Source: Squalus acanthias
Lineage: Eukaryota
Direction: 5' to 3'
Assembly: GCA_030390025.1 (NCBI GenBank)
Contig: CM059431.1
Location: 98,086,001-98,150,000 of the forward strand
Length of the DNA stretch: 64,000 bases
Shown: in pieces, positions 36,201 to 51,200 of the stretch
How positions within the stretch are numbered: the stretch's first letter is position 1
Layout of the letters: each line of letters opens with the position of its first letter
Translations under genes and position numbers: made by a program
The notes under the pieces: generated by a model
The model's database searches: none
What the model saw: the letters and a program-made list of their open reading frames with translations, nothing else
What the model was told of the DNA's origin: nothing

Positions 36201-39200
36201 AGGAGTCTATCCCACAGTGAAGAGTTTATCCCACAGTGAACTGTCTATCCCACAGTGAGGAGTCTATCCCACAGTGAGGAGTCTATCCGACAGTGAGGAG
36301 TCTATCCCACAGTGAGGATTCTATCCCACAGTGAGGAGTCTATCCCACAGTGAAGAGTCTATCCCACAGTGAGGAGTGTATCCCACAGTGAGGAGTCTAT
36401 CCCACAGTGAGTAGTCTATCCCACAGTGAGGAGTCTATCCCACAGTGAGGAGTCTATCCCACAGTGAAGAGTCTATCCCACAGTGAGGAGTCTATCCCAC
36501 AGTGAAGAGTCTATCCCACAGTGAGGATCTATCCCACAGTGAGGAGTCTATCCCACGGTGAGGATTCTATCCCACAATGAGGAGTCTATTCCACAGTGAA
36601 TAGTCTATCCCACAGTGAGGAATCTATCCCAGAGTGAGGAGTCTATCCCACAGTGAGGATCTATCCCACAGTGAGGATTCTATCCCACAGTGAGGAGTTT
36701 ATCCCACAGTGAGGAGTCTATCCCACAATGAGGATTCTATCCCACAGTGAGGAGTCTATTCCACAGTGAAGTGTCTAGCCACAGTGAGGAATCTATCCCA
36801 CAGTGAGGATTCTATCCCACAGTGAGGAGTCTATTCCACAGTGACTAGTCTAACCCACAGTGAGGATTCTATCCCACAGTGAGGAGTCTATCCTACAGTG
36901 AGGAGTGTATCCCACAGTGCGGAGTCTATCCCACAGTGAGGATTCTATGCCACAGTGAGGAGTCTATCCCACAGTGAGGATTCTATCCCACAGTGAGGAG
37001 TCTATCCCACAGTGAAGAGTTTATCCCACAGTGAACTGTCTATCCCACAGTGCGGAGTCTATCCCACAGTGAGGATTCTATGCCACAGTGAGGAGTCTAT
37101 CCCACAGTGAGGATTCTATCCCACAGTGAGGAGTCTATCCCACAGTGAAGAGTTTATCCCACAGTGAACTGTCTATCCCACAGTGAGGAGTCTATCCCAC
37201 AGTGAGGAGTCTATCACACAGTGTGGATTCTATCCCACAGTGAGGAGTCTATCCCACAGTGTGGAGTCAATCCGACAGTGAGGAGTCTATCCAACAGTGA
37301 GGAGTCTATCCCACAGTGAAGATTCTATGCCACAGTGTGGAGTCTATCCCACAGTGAGGATTCTATCCCACAGTGAGGAGTCTATCCCACAGTGAAGAGT
37401 CTATCCCACAGTGAGGAGTGTATCCCACAGTGAGGAGTCTATCCCACAGTGAATAGTCTATCCCACAGTGAGGAGTCTATCCCACAGTGAGGAGTCTATC
37501 CCACAGTGAAGAGTCTATCCCACAGTGAGGAGACTATCCCACAGTGAATAGTCTCTCCCACAGTGAGGAGTCTATCCCACAGTGAGCAGTCTATTCCACA
37601 GTGAAGAGCCTATTCCACAGTGAGGATCCTATCCCACAGTGAAGATTCTATCCCACAGTGAGGATTCTATCCCACAGTAAGGAATCTATCCCGCAGTGAG
37701 GACTCTATCCCACAGTGAAGAGTCTATCCCACAGTGCTGAGTCTATCCCACAGTGAAGAGTCTATCCCACAGTGAGGAGTCTATCCCACAGTGAGGAGTC
37801 TATCCCACAGTGAATAGTCTATCCCACAGTGAGGAGTCTATCCCACAGTGAGGAGTCTATCCCACAGTGAAGAGTCTATCCCACAGTGAGGAGTCTATCC
37901 CACAGTGAATAATCTCTACCACAGTGAGGAGTCTATCCCACAGTGAGCAGTCTATTCCACAGTGAAGAGCCTACTCCACAGTGAGGATTCTATCCCACAG
38001 TGAAGATTCTATCCCACAGTGAGGATTCTATCCCACAGTAAGGAATCTATCGCACAGTGAGGATTCTATCGCACACTGAGGATTCTATCCCACAGTGAGG
38101 ATTCTATCCCACAGTGAAGAGTCTATCCCACAGTGAGGATTCTATCCTACAGTGAGGAGACTATCCGACAGTGAAGATTCTATCAGACAGTGAAGAGTCT
38201 ATCCCACAGTGAAAAGTCTATCCCCCAGTGAGGAGTCTATCCCACAGTGAGGATTCTATCCCACAGTGTGGATTCTATCCCACAGTGAGGAGTCTATCCC
38301 ACAGTGAAGAGTCTATCTCACAATGAGGAGTCTATCCCTCAGAGCGGAGTCTATCCTACAGTGAGGATTCTATCCCACAGTGAAGATTCTATCCCACAGT
38401 GAAGAGTCTATCCCACAGTAAAGATTCTATCCCACAGTGAGGAGTCTATCCCACAGTGAAGAGTCTATCCCACAGTGAGGATCTATCCCACAGTGAGGAG
38501 TCTATCCCACGGTGAGGATTCTATCCCACAATGAGGAGTCTATTCCACAGTGAATAGTCTATCCCACAGTGAGGAATCTATCCCACAGTGAGGATCTATC
38601 CCACAGTGAGGATTCTATCCCACAGTGAGGAGTCTGTCCCACAGTGAGGATTCTATCCCACAGTGAGGATTCTAACCCACAGTGAGGATTCTATCCCACA
38701 GTGAGGATCTATCACACAGTGAGGAGACTATCCCACAGTGAAAAGTCTATCCCACAGTGAGGATTCTATCCCACAGTGAGGATTCTATCCCACAGTGAAG
38801 ATCTATCCCACAGTGAGGAGTCTATCCCACAGTGAAGATTCTATCCCACAGTGAAGAGTCTATCCCACAGTAAAGATTCTATCCCACAGTGAGGAGTCTA
38901 TCCCACAGTGAAGAGTCTATCCCACAGTGAGGAGTCTATCCCACAGTGAGGAGTCTATCCCACAGTGAAGAGTCTATCCCACAATGAGGAGTCTATCCCT
39001 CAGTGAGGAGTCTATCCTACAGTGAGGATTCTATCCCACAGTGAAGATTCTATCCCACAGTGAAGAGTCTATCCCACAGTAAAGATTCTATCCCACAGTG
39101 AGGAGTCTATCCCACAGTGAAGAGTCTATCCCACAGTGAGGATCTATCCCACAGTGAGGAGTCTATCCCACGGTAAGGATTCTATCCCACAATGAGGAGT

Positions 39201-42200
39201 CTATTCCACAGTGAATAGTCTATCCCACAGTGAGGAATCTATCCCACAGTGAGGAGTCTATCCCACAGTGAGGATCTATCCCACAGTGAGGATTCTATCC
39301 CACAGTGAGGAGTCTATCCCACAGTGAGGATTCTATCCCACAGTGAGGATTCTAACCCACAGTGAGGATTCTATCCCACAGTGAGGATCTATCACACAGT
39401 GAGGAGACTATCCCACAGTGAAAAGTCAATCCCACAGTGAGGATTCTATCCCACAGTGAGGATTCTATCCCACAGTGAAGCTCTATCCCACAGTGAGGAG
39501 TCTATCCCACAGTGAAGATTCTGTCCCACAGTGAAGAATCTATCCCACAGTAAAGATTCTATCCCACAGTGAGGAGTCTATCCCACAGTGAAGAGTCTAT
39601 CCCACAGTGAGGATCTATCCCACAGTGAGGAGTCTATCCCACGGTGAGGATTCTATCCCACAATGAGGAGTCTATTCCACAGTGAATAGTCTATCCCACA
39701 GTGAGGAATCTATCCCACAGTGAGGAGTCTATCCCACAGTGAGGATCTATCCTACAGTGAGGATTCTATCCCACAGTGAGGAGTTTATCCCACAGTGAGG
39801 AGTCTATCCCACAATGAGGATTCTATCCCACAGTGAGGAGTCTATCCCACAGTGAGGAGTCTAGCCCACAGTGAGGAATCTATCCCACAGTGAGGATTCT
39901 ATCCCACAGTGAGGAGTCTATTCCACAGTGACTAGTCTAAACCACAGTGAGGATTCTATCCCACAGTGAGGATTCTATCCCACAGTGAGGATTCTATCCC
40001 ACAGTGAGGAGTCTATTCCACAGTGAAGTGTCTAGCCACAGTGAGGATTCTATCCCACAGTGAGGAGTCTATCCTACAGTGAGGAGTGTATCCCACAGTG
40101 CGGAGTCTATCCCACAGTGAGGATTCTACGCCACAGTGAGGAGTCTATCCCACAGTGAGGATTCTATCCCACAGTGAGGAGACTATCCCACAGTGAAGGG
40201 TTTATCCCACAGTGAACTGTCTATCCCACAGTGAGGAGTCTATCCCACAGTGAGGAGTCTATCACACAGTGTGGATTCTATTCCACAGTGAGGAGTCTAT
40301 CCCACAGTGAGGAGTCTATCCGACAGTGAGGAGTCTATCCCACAGTGAGGAGTCTATCCCACAGTGAGGATTCTATGCCACAGTGTGGAGTCTATCCCAC
40401 AGTGAAGAGTCTATCCCACAGTGAGGAGTCTATCCCACAGTGAAGAGTCTATCCCACAGTGAGGAGTGTATCCCACAGTGAGGAGTCTATCCCACAGTGA
40501 GGATTCTATCCCACAGTGAGGAGTCTATCCCACAGTGAGGAGTCTATCCCACAGTGAAGAGTCTATCCCACAGTGAGGAGTCTATCCCACAGTGAATAGT
40601 CTCTCCCACAGTGAGGAGTCTATCCCACAGTGAGCAGTCTATTCCACAGTGAAGAGCCTATTCCACAGTGAGGATTCTATCCCACAGTGAAGATTCTATC
40701 CCACAGTTAGGATTCTATCCCACAGTAAGGAATCTATCCCACAGTGAGGATTCTATCCCACAATGAAGAGTCTATCCCACAGTGAGGAGTGTATCCCACA
40801 GTGAGGAGTCTATCCCACAGTGAAGAGTCTATCCCACAGTGTGGAGTCTATCCCACAGTGAGGATTCTATCCCGCAGTGAGGACTCTATCCCACAGTGAA
40901 GAGTCTATCCCACAGTGCTGAGTCTATCCCACAGTGAGGAGTCTATCCCACAGTGAATAGTCTATCCCACAGTGAGGAGTCTATCCCACAGTGAGGAGTC
41001 TATCCCACAGTGAAGAGTCTATCCCACAGTGAGGAGTCTATCCCACAGTGAGGAGTCTATCCCACAGTGAAGAGTCTATCCCACAGTGAGGAGTCTATCC
41101 CACAGTGAATAATCTCTCCCACAGTGAGGAGTCTATCCCACAGTGAGCAGTCTATCCCACAGTGAAGAGTCTATCCCACAGTGTGGAGTCTATCCCACAA
41201 TGAGGATTCTATCCCACAGTGAGGAGTCTATCCCACAGTGAGGAGTCTAGCCCACAGTGAGGAATCTATCCCACAGTGAGGATTCTATCCCACAGTGAGG
41301 AGTCTATTCCACAGTGACTAGTCTAAACCACAGTGAGGATTCTATCCCACAGTGAGGAGTCTATCCCACAGTGAGGATTCTATCCCACAGTGAGGAGTCT
41401 ATTCCACAGTGAGGAGTCTATCCCACAGTGAGGATTCTATCCCACAGTGAGGAGACTATCCCACAGTGAAGGGTTTATCCCACAGTGATCTGTCTATCCC
41501 ACAGTGAGGAGTCTATCCCAAAGTGAGGAGTCTATCACACAGTGTGGATTCTATTCCACAGTGAGGAGTCTATCCCACAGTGAGGAGTCTATCCGACAGT
41601 GAGGAGTCTATCCCACAGTGAGGAGTCTATCCCACAGTGAGGATTCTATGCCACAGTGTGGAGTCTATCCCACAGTGAAGAGTCTATCCCACAGTGAGGA
41701 GTCTATCCCACAGTGAAGATTCTATCCCACAGTGAGGAGTGTATCCCACAGTGAGGAGTCTATCCCACAGTGAGGATTCTATCCCACAGTGAGGAGTCTA
41801 TCCCACAGTGAGGAGTCTATCCCACAGTGAAGAGTCTATCCCACAGTGAGGAGTCTATCCCACAGTGAATAGTCTCTCCCACAGTGAGGAGTCTATCCCA
41901 CAGTGAGCAGTCTATTCCACAGTGAAGAGCCTATTCCACAGTAAGGATTCTATCCCACAGTGAAGATTCTATCCCACAGTGAGGATTCTATCCCACAGTA
42001 AGGAATCTATCCCACAGTGAGGATTCTATCCCACAATGAAGAGTCTATCCCACAGTGAGGAGTGTATCCCACAGTGAGGAGTCTATCCCACAGTGAAGAG
42101 TCTATCCCACAGTGTGGAGTCTATCCCACAGTGAGGATTCTATCCCGCAGTGAGGACTCTATCCCACAGTGAAGAGTCTATCCCACAGTGCTGAGTCTAT

Positions 42201-45200
42201 CCCACAGTGAAGAGTCTATCCCACAGTGAGGAGTCTATCCCACAGTGAGGAGTCTATCCCACAGTGAATAGTCTATCCCACAGTGAGGAGTCTATCCCAC
42301 AGTGAGGAGTCTATCCCACAGTGAAGAGTCTATCCCACAGTGAGGAGTCTATCCCACAGTGAGGAGTCTATCCCACAGTGAAGAGTCTATCCCACAGTGA
42401 GGAGTCTATCCCACAGTGAATAATCTCTCCCACAGTGAGGAGTCTATCCCACAGTGAGCAGTCTATCCCACAGTGAAGAGTCTATCCCACAGTGTGGAGT
42501 CTATCCCACAATGAGGATTCTATCCCACAGTGAGGAGTCTATCCCACAGTGAGGAGTCTAGCCCACAGTGAGGAATCTATCCCACAGTGAGGATTCTATC
42601 CCACAGTGAGGAGTCTATTCCACAGTGAGGATTCTATCCCACAGTGAGGAGTCTATTCCACAGTGAGGATTCTATCCCACAGTGAGGAGTCTATCCCACA
42701 GTGAGGAGTCTAGCCCACAGTGAGGAATCTATCCCACAGTGAGGATTCTATCCCACAGTGAGGAGTCTATTCCACAGTGAGGATTCTATCCCACAGTGAG
42801 GAGTCTAAACCACAGTGAGGATTCTATCCCACAGTGAGGAGTCTATCCCACAGTGAGGATTCTATCCCACAGTGAGGAGTCTATTCCACAGTGAAGTGTC
42901 TAGCCACAGTGAGGATTCTATCCCACAGTGAGGAGTCTATCCTACAGTGAGGAGTGTATCCCACAGTGCGGAGTCTATCCCACAGTGAGGATTCTATGCC
43001 ACAGTGAGGAGTCTATCCCACAGTGAGGATTCTATCCCACAGTGAGGAGACTATCCCACAGTGAAGGGTTTATCCCACAGTGAACTGTCTATCCCACAGT
43101 GAGGAGTCTATCCCACAGTGAGGAGTCTATCACACAGTGTGGATTCTATTCCACAGTGAGGAGTCTATCCCACAGTGAGGAGTCTATCCGACAGTGAGGA
43201 GTCTATCCCACAGTGAGGAGTCTATCCCACAGTGAGGATTCTATGCCACAGTGTGGAGTCTATCCCACAGTGAAGAGTCTATCCCACAGTGAGGAGTCTA
43301 TCCCACAGTGAAGAGTCTATCCCACAGTGAGGAGTGTATCCCACAGTGAGGAGTCTATCCCACAGTGAGGATTCTATCCCACAGTGAGGAGTCTATCCCA
43401 CAGTGAGGAGTCTATCCCACAGTGAAGAGTCTATCCCACAGTGAGGAGTCTATCCCACAGTGAATAGTCTCTCCCACAGTGAGGAGTCTATCCCACAGTG
43501 AGCAGTCTATTCCACAGTGAAGAGCCTATTCCACAGTGAGGATTCTATCCCACAGTGAAGATTCTATCCCACCGTGAGGATTCTATCCCACAGTAAGGAA
43601 TCTATCCCACAGTGAGGATTCTATCCCACAATGAAGAGTCTATCCCACAGTGAGGAGTGTATCCCACAGTGAGGAGTCTATCCCACAGTGAAGAGTCTAT
43701 CCCACAGTGTGGAGTCTATCCCACAGTGAGGATTCTATCCCGCAGTGAGGACTCTATCCCACAGTGAAGAGTCTATCCCACAGTGCTGAGTCTATCCCAC
43801 AGTGAAGAGTCTATCCCACAGTGAGGAGTCTATCCCACAGTGAGGAGTCTATCCCACAGTGAATAGTCTATCCCACAGTGAGGAGTCTATCCCACAGTGA
43901 GGAATCTATCCCACAGTGAAGAGTCTATCCCACAGTGAGGAGTCTATCCCACAGTGAGGAGTCTATCCCACAGTGAAGAGTCTATCCCACAGTGATGAGT
44001 CTATCCCACAGTGAATAATCTCTCCCACAGTGAGGAGTCTATCCCACAGTGAGCAGTCTATTCCACAGTGAAGAGCCTATTCCACAGTGAGGATTCTATC
44101 CCACAGTGAAGATTCTATCCCACAGTGAGGATTCTATCCCACAGTAAGGAATCTATCCCACAGTGAGGATTCTATCCCACAGTGAAGAGTCTATCCCACA
44201 GTGAGGAGTGTATCCCACAGTGAGGAGTCTATCCCACAGTGAAGAGTCTATCCCACAGTGTGGAGTCTATCCCACAGTGAGGATTCTATCCCGCAGTGAG
44301 GATTCTATCTCACAGTGAAGAGTCTATCCCACAGTGACGATTCTATCCTACAGTGAAGAGTCTATCCCACAGTGAGGATTCTATCGCACACTGAGGATTC
44401 TATCCCACAGTGAGGATTCTATCCCACAGTGAAGAGTCTATCCCACAGTGAGGATTCTATCCTACAGTGGGGAGACTATCCGACAGTGAAGATTCTATCA
44501 GACAGTGAAGAGTCTATCCCACAGTGAAAAGTCTATCCCCCAGTGAGGAGTCTATCCCACAGTGAGGATTCTATCCCACAGTGTGGATTCTATCCCACAG
44601 TGAGGAGTCTATCCCACAGTGAAGAGTTTATCTCACAATGAGGAGTCTATCCCTCAGAGCGGTGTCTATCCTACAGTGAGGATTCTATCCCACAGTGAAG
44701 ATTCTAACCCACAGTGAAGAGTCTATCCCACAGTAAAGATTCTATCCCACAGTGAGGAGTCTATCCCACAGTGAAGAGTCTATCACACAGTGAGGATCTA
44801 TCCCACAGCGAGGAGTCTATCCCACGGTGAGGATTCTATCCCACAATGAGGAGTCTATTCCACAGTGAATAGTCTATCCCACAGTGAGGAATCTATCCCA
44901 CAGTGAGGAGTCTATCCCACAGTGAGGATCTATCCCACAGTGAGGATTCTATCCCACAGTGAGGAGTCTGTCCCACAGTGAGGATTCTATCCCACAGTGA
45001 GGATTCTAACCCACAGTGAGGATTCTATCCCACAGTGAGGATCTATCACACAGTGAGGAGACTATCCCACAGTGAAAAGTCTATCCCACAGTGAGGATTC
45101 TATCCCACAGTGAGGATTCTATCCCACAGTGAAGATCTATCCCACAGTGAGGAGTCTATCCCACAGTGAGGATTCTATCCCACAGTGAAGAGTCTATCCC

Positions 45201-48200
45201 ACAGTAAAGATTCTATCCCACAGTGAGGAGTCTATCCCACAGTGAAGAGTCTATCCCACAGTGAGGATCTATCCCACAGTGAGGATTCTATCCCACGGTA
45301 AGGATTCTATCCCACAATGAGAAGTCTATTCCACAGTGAATAGTTTATCCCACAGTGAGGAATCTATCCCACAGTGAGGAGTCTATCCCACAGTGGGGAT
45401 CTATCCCACAGTGAGGATTCTATCCCACAGTGATGAGTCTATCCCACAGTGAGGAGTCTATCCCACAATGAGGATCCTATCCGACAGTGAGGAGTCTATT
45501 CCACAGTGAAGTGTCTATCCCACAGTGAGGATTCTATCCCACAGTGAGGAGTCTATCCCACAGTGAGGATTCTATCCCACAGTGAGGAGTCTATCCCACA
45601 GTGAGGAGTCTAGCCCACAGTGAGGAGTCTATCCCACAGTGAGGATTCTATCCCACAGTGAGGACTCTATTCCACAGTGACTAGTCTAACCCACAGTGAG
45701 GATTCTATCCCACAGTGAGGAGTCTATCCCACAGTGAGGATTCTATCCCACATTGAGGAGTCTGTTCCACAGTGAAGTGTCTATGCCACAGTGAGGATTC
45801 TATCCCACAGTGTGGAGTCTATCCTTCAGTGAGGAGTGTATCCCACAGTGCAGAGTCTATCCCACAGTGAGCATTCTATGCCACAGTGATGAGTGTATCC
45901 CACAGATGAGGATTCTATCCCACAGTGAGGAGTCTATCCCACAGTGAAGAGTTTATCCCACAGTGAACTGTCTATCCCACAGTGAGGAGTCTATCCCACA
46001 ATGAGGATTCTATCCCACAGTGAGGAGTCTATCCCACAGTGAGGAGTCTAGCCCACAGTGAGGAATCTATCCCACAGTGAGGATTCTATCCCACAGTGAG
46101 GAGTCTATTCCACAGTGAGGATTCTATCCCACAGTGAGGAGTCTATTCCACAGTGAGGATTCTATCCCACAGTGAGGAGTCTATCCCACAGTGAGGAGTC
46201 TAGCCCACAGTGAGGAATCTATCCCACAGTGAGGATTCTATCCCACAGTGAGGAGTCTATTCCACAGTGAGGATTCTATCCCACAGTGAGGAGTCTAAAC
46301 CACAGTGAGGATTCTATCCCACAGTGAGGAGTCTATCCCACAGTGAGGATTCTATCCCACAGTGAGGAGTCTATTCCACAGTGAAGTGTCTAGCCACAGT
46401 GAGGATTCTATCCCACAGTGAGGAGTCTATCCTACAGTGAGGAGTGTATCCCACAGTGCGGAGTCTATCCCACAGTGAGGATTCTATGCCACAGTGAGGA
46501 GTCTATCCCACAGTGAGGATTCTATCCCACAGTGAGGAGACTATCCCACAGTGAAGGGTTTATCCCACAGTGAACTGTCTATCCCACAGTGAGGAGTCTA
46601 TCCCACAGTGAGGAGTCTATCACACAGTGTGGATTCTATTCCACAGTGAGGAGTCTATCCCACAGTGAGGAGTCTATCCGACAGTGAGGAGTCTATCCCA
46701 CAGTGAGGAGTCTATCCCACAGTGAGGATTCTATGCCACAGTGTGGAGTCTATCCCACAGTGAAGAGTCTATCCCACAGTGAGGAGTCTATCCCACAGTG
46801 AAGAGTCTATCCCACAGTGAGGAGTGTATCCCACAGTGAGGAGTCTATCCCACAGTGAGGATTCTATCCCACAGTGAGGAGTCTATCCCACAGTGAGGAG
46901 TCTATCCCACAGTGAAGAGTCTATCCCACAGTGAGGAGTCTATCCCACAGTGAATAGTCTCTCCCACAGTGAGGAGTCTATCCCACAGTGAGCAGTCTAT
47001 TCCACAGTGAAGAGCCTATTCCACAGTGAGGATTCTATCCCACAGTGAAGATTCTATCCCACCGTGAGGATTCTATCCCACAGTAAGGAATCTATCCCAC
47101 AGTGAGGATTCTATCCCACAATGAAGAGTCTATCCCACAGTGAGGAGTGTATCCCACAGTGAGGAGTCTATCCCACAGTGAAGAGTCTATCCCACAGTGT
47201 GGAGTCTATCCCACAGTGAGGATTCTATCCCGCAGTGAGGACTCTATCCCACAGTGAAGAGTCTATCCCACAGTGCTGAGTCTATCCCACAGTGAAGAGT
47301 CTATCCCACAGTGAGGAGTCTATCCCACAGTGAGGAGTCTATCCCACAGTGAATAGTCTATCCCACAGTGAGGAGTCTATCCCACAGTGAGGAGTCTATC
47401 CCACAGTGAAGAGTCTATCCCACAGTGAGGAGTCTATCCCACAGTGAGGAGTCTATCCCACAGTGAAGAGTCTATCCCACAGTGAGGAGTCTATCCCACA
47501 GTGAATAATCTCTCCCACAGTGAGGAGTCTATCCCACAGTGAGCAGTCTATTCCACAGTGAAGAGCCTATTCCACAGTGAGGATTCTATCCCACAGTGAA
47601 GATTCTATCCCACAGTGAGGATTCTATCCCACAGTAAGGAATCTATCCCACAGTGAGGATTCTATCCCACAGTGAAGAGTCTATCCCACAGTGAGGAGTG
47701 TATCCCACAGTGAGGAGTCTATCCCACAGTGAAGAGTCTATCCCACAGTGTGGAGTCTATCCCACAGTGAGGATTCTATCCCGCAGTGAGGATTCTATCT
47801 CACAGTGAAGAGTCTATCCCACAGTGAGGATTCTATCCTACAGTGAAGAGTCTATCCCACAGTGAGGATTCTATCGCACACTGAGGATTCTATCCCACAG
47901 TGAGGATTCTATCCCACAGTGAAGAGTCTATCCCACAGTGAGGATTCTATCCTACAGTGGGGAGACTATCCGACAGTGAAGATTCTATCAGACAGTGAAG
48001 AGTCTATCCCACAGTGAAAAGTCTATCCCCCAGTGAGGAGTCTATCCCACAGTGAGGATTCTATCCCACAGTGTGGATTCTATCCCACAGTGAGGAGTCT
48101 ATCCCACAGTGAAGAGTTTATCTCACAATGAGGAGTCTATCCCTCAGAGCGGTGTCTATCCTACAGTGAGGATTCTATCCCACAGTGAAGATTCTAACCC

Positions 48201-51200
48201 ACAGTGAAGAGTCTATCCCACAGTAAAGATTCTATCCCACAGTGAGGAGTCTATCCCACAGTGAAGAGTCTATCACACAGTGAGGATCTATCCCACAGCG
48301 AGGAGTCTATCCCACGGTGAGGATTCTATCCCACAATGAGGAGTCTATTCCACAGTGAATAGTCTATCCCACAGTGAGGAATCTATCCCACAGTGAGGAG
48401 TCTATCCCACAGTGAGGATCTATCCCACAGTGAGGATTCTATCCCACAGTGAGGAGTCTGTCCCACAGTGAGGATTCTATCCCACAGTGAGGATTCTAAC
48501 CCACAGTGAGGATTCTATCCCACAGTGAGGATCTATCACACAGTGAGGAGACTATCCCACAGTGAAAAGTCTATCCCACAGTGAGGATTCTATCCCACAG
48601 TGAGGATTCTATCCCACAGTGAAGATCTATCCCACAGTGAGGAGTCTATCCCACAGTGAGGATTCTATCCCACAGTGAAGAGTCTATCCCACAGTAAAGA
48701 TTCTATCCCACAGTGAGGAGTCTATCCCACAGTGAAGAGTCTATCCCACAGTGAGGATCTATCCCACAGTGAGGATTCTATCCCACGGTAAGGATTCTAT
48801 CCCACAATGAGAAGTCTATTCCACAGTGAATAGTCTATCCCACAGTGAGGAATCTATCCCACAGTGAGGAGTCTATCCCACAGTGGGGATCTATCCCACA
48901 GTGAGGATTCTATCCCACAGTGATGAGTCTATCCCACAGTGAGGAGTCTATCCCACAATGAGGATCCTATCCGACAGTGAGGAGTCTATTCCACAGTGAA
49001 GTGTCTATCCCACAGTGAGGATTCTATCCCACAGTGAGGAGTCTATCCCACAGTGAGGATTCTATCCCACAGTGAGGAGTCTATCCCACAGTGAGGAGTC
49101 TAGCCCACAGTGAGGAGTCTATCCCACAGTGAGGATTCTATCCCACAGTGAGGACTCTATTCCACAGTGACTAGTCTAACCCACAGTGAGGATTCTATCC
49201 CACAGTGAGGAGTCTATCCCACAGTGAGGATTCTATCCCACATTGAGGAGTCTGTTCCACAGTGAAGTGTCTATGCCACAGTGAGGATTCTATCCCACAG
49301 TGTGGAGTCTATCCTTCAGTGAGGAGTGTATCCCACAGTGCAGAGTCTATCCCACAGTGAGCATTCTATGCCACAGTGATGAGTGTATCCCACAGATGAG
49401 GATTCTATCCCACAGTGAGGAGTCTATCCCACAGTGAAGAGTTTATCCCACAGTGAACTGTCTATCCCACAGTGAGGAGTCTATCCCACAGTGAGGAGTC
49501 TATCACACAGTGTGGATTCTATCCCACAGTGAGGAGTGTATCCCACAGTGAGGAGTCTATCGGACAGTGAGGAGTCTATCCCACAGTGAGGAGTCTATCC
49601 CACAGTGAGGATTCTATGCCACAGTGTGGAGTCCATCCCACAGTGAGGATTCTATCCAACAGTGAGGAGTCTATCCCACAGTGAAGAGTCTATCCCACAG
49701 TGAGGAGTCTATCCCACAGTGAGGAGTCTATCCCACAGTGAATAGTCTATCCCACAGTAAAGATTCTATCCCACAGTGAGGAGTCTATCCCACAGTGAAG
49801 AGTCTATCCCACAGTGAGGATCTATCCCACAGTGAGGAGTCTATCCCACGGTGAGGATTCTATCCCACAATGAGGAGTCTGTTCCACAGTGAATAGTCTA
49901 TCCCACAGTGAGGAATCTATCCCACAGTGAGGAGTCTATCCCACAGTGAGGATCTATCCCACGGTGAGGATTCTATCCCACAGTGAGGAGTTTATCCCAC
50001 AGTGAGGAGTCTATCCCACAATGAGGATTCTATCCCACAGTGAGGAGTCTATCCCACAGTGAGGAGTCTAGCCCACAGTGAGGAATCTATCCCACAGTGA
50101 GGATTCTATCCCACAGTGAGGAGTCTATTCCACAGTGACTAGTCTAAACCACAGTGAGGATTCTATCCCACAGTGAGGAATCTATCCCACAGTGAGTTTT
50201 CTATCCCACAGTGAGGAGTGTATTCCACAGTGAAGTGTCTAGCCACAGTGAGGATTCTATCCCACAGTGAGGAGTCTATCCTACAGTGAGGAGTGTATCC
50301 CACAGTGCGGAGTCTATCCCACAGTGAGGATTCTATGCCACAGTGAGGAGTCTATCCCACAGTGAGGATTCTATCCCACAGTGAGGAGTCTATCCCACAG
50401 TGAAGGGTTTATCCCACAGTGAACTGTCTATCCCACAGTGAAGAGTCTATCCCACAGTGAGGAGTCCATCACACAGTGTGGATTCTATTCCACAGTGAGG
50501 AGTCTATCCCACAGTGAGGAGTCTATCCGACAGTGAGGAGTCTATCCCACAGTGAGGAGTCTATCCCACAGTGAGGATTCTATGCCACAGTGTGGAGTCT
50601 ATCCCACAGTGAAGAGTCTATCCCACAGTGAGGAGTCTATCCCACAGTGAAGAGTCTATCCCACAGTGAGGAGTGTATCCCACAGTGAGGAGTCTATCCC
50701 ACAGTGAGGATTCTATCTCACAGTGAGGAGTCTATCCCACAGTGAGGAGTCTATCCCACAGTGAAGAGTCTATCCCACAGTGAGGAGTCTATCCCACAGT
50801 GAATAGTCTCTCCCACAGTGAGGAGTCTATCCCACAGTGAGCAGTCTATTCCACAGTGAAGAGCCTATTCCACAGTGAGGATTCTATCCCACAGTGAAGA
50901 TTCTATCCCACAGTGAGGATTCCATCCCACAGTAAGGAATCTATCCCACAGTGAGGATTCTATCCCACAATGAAGAGTCTATCCCACAGTGAGGAGTGTA
51001 TCCCACAGTGAGGAGTCTATCCCACAGTGAAGAGTCTATCCCACAGTGAGGAGTCTATCCCACAGTGAGGAGTCTATCCCACAGTGAAGAGTCTATCCCA
51101 CAGTGAGGAGTCTATCCCACAGTGAATAATCTCTCCCACAGTGAGGATTCTATCCCACAGTGAGGATTCTATCCCACAGTGAAGAGTCTATCCCACAGTG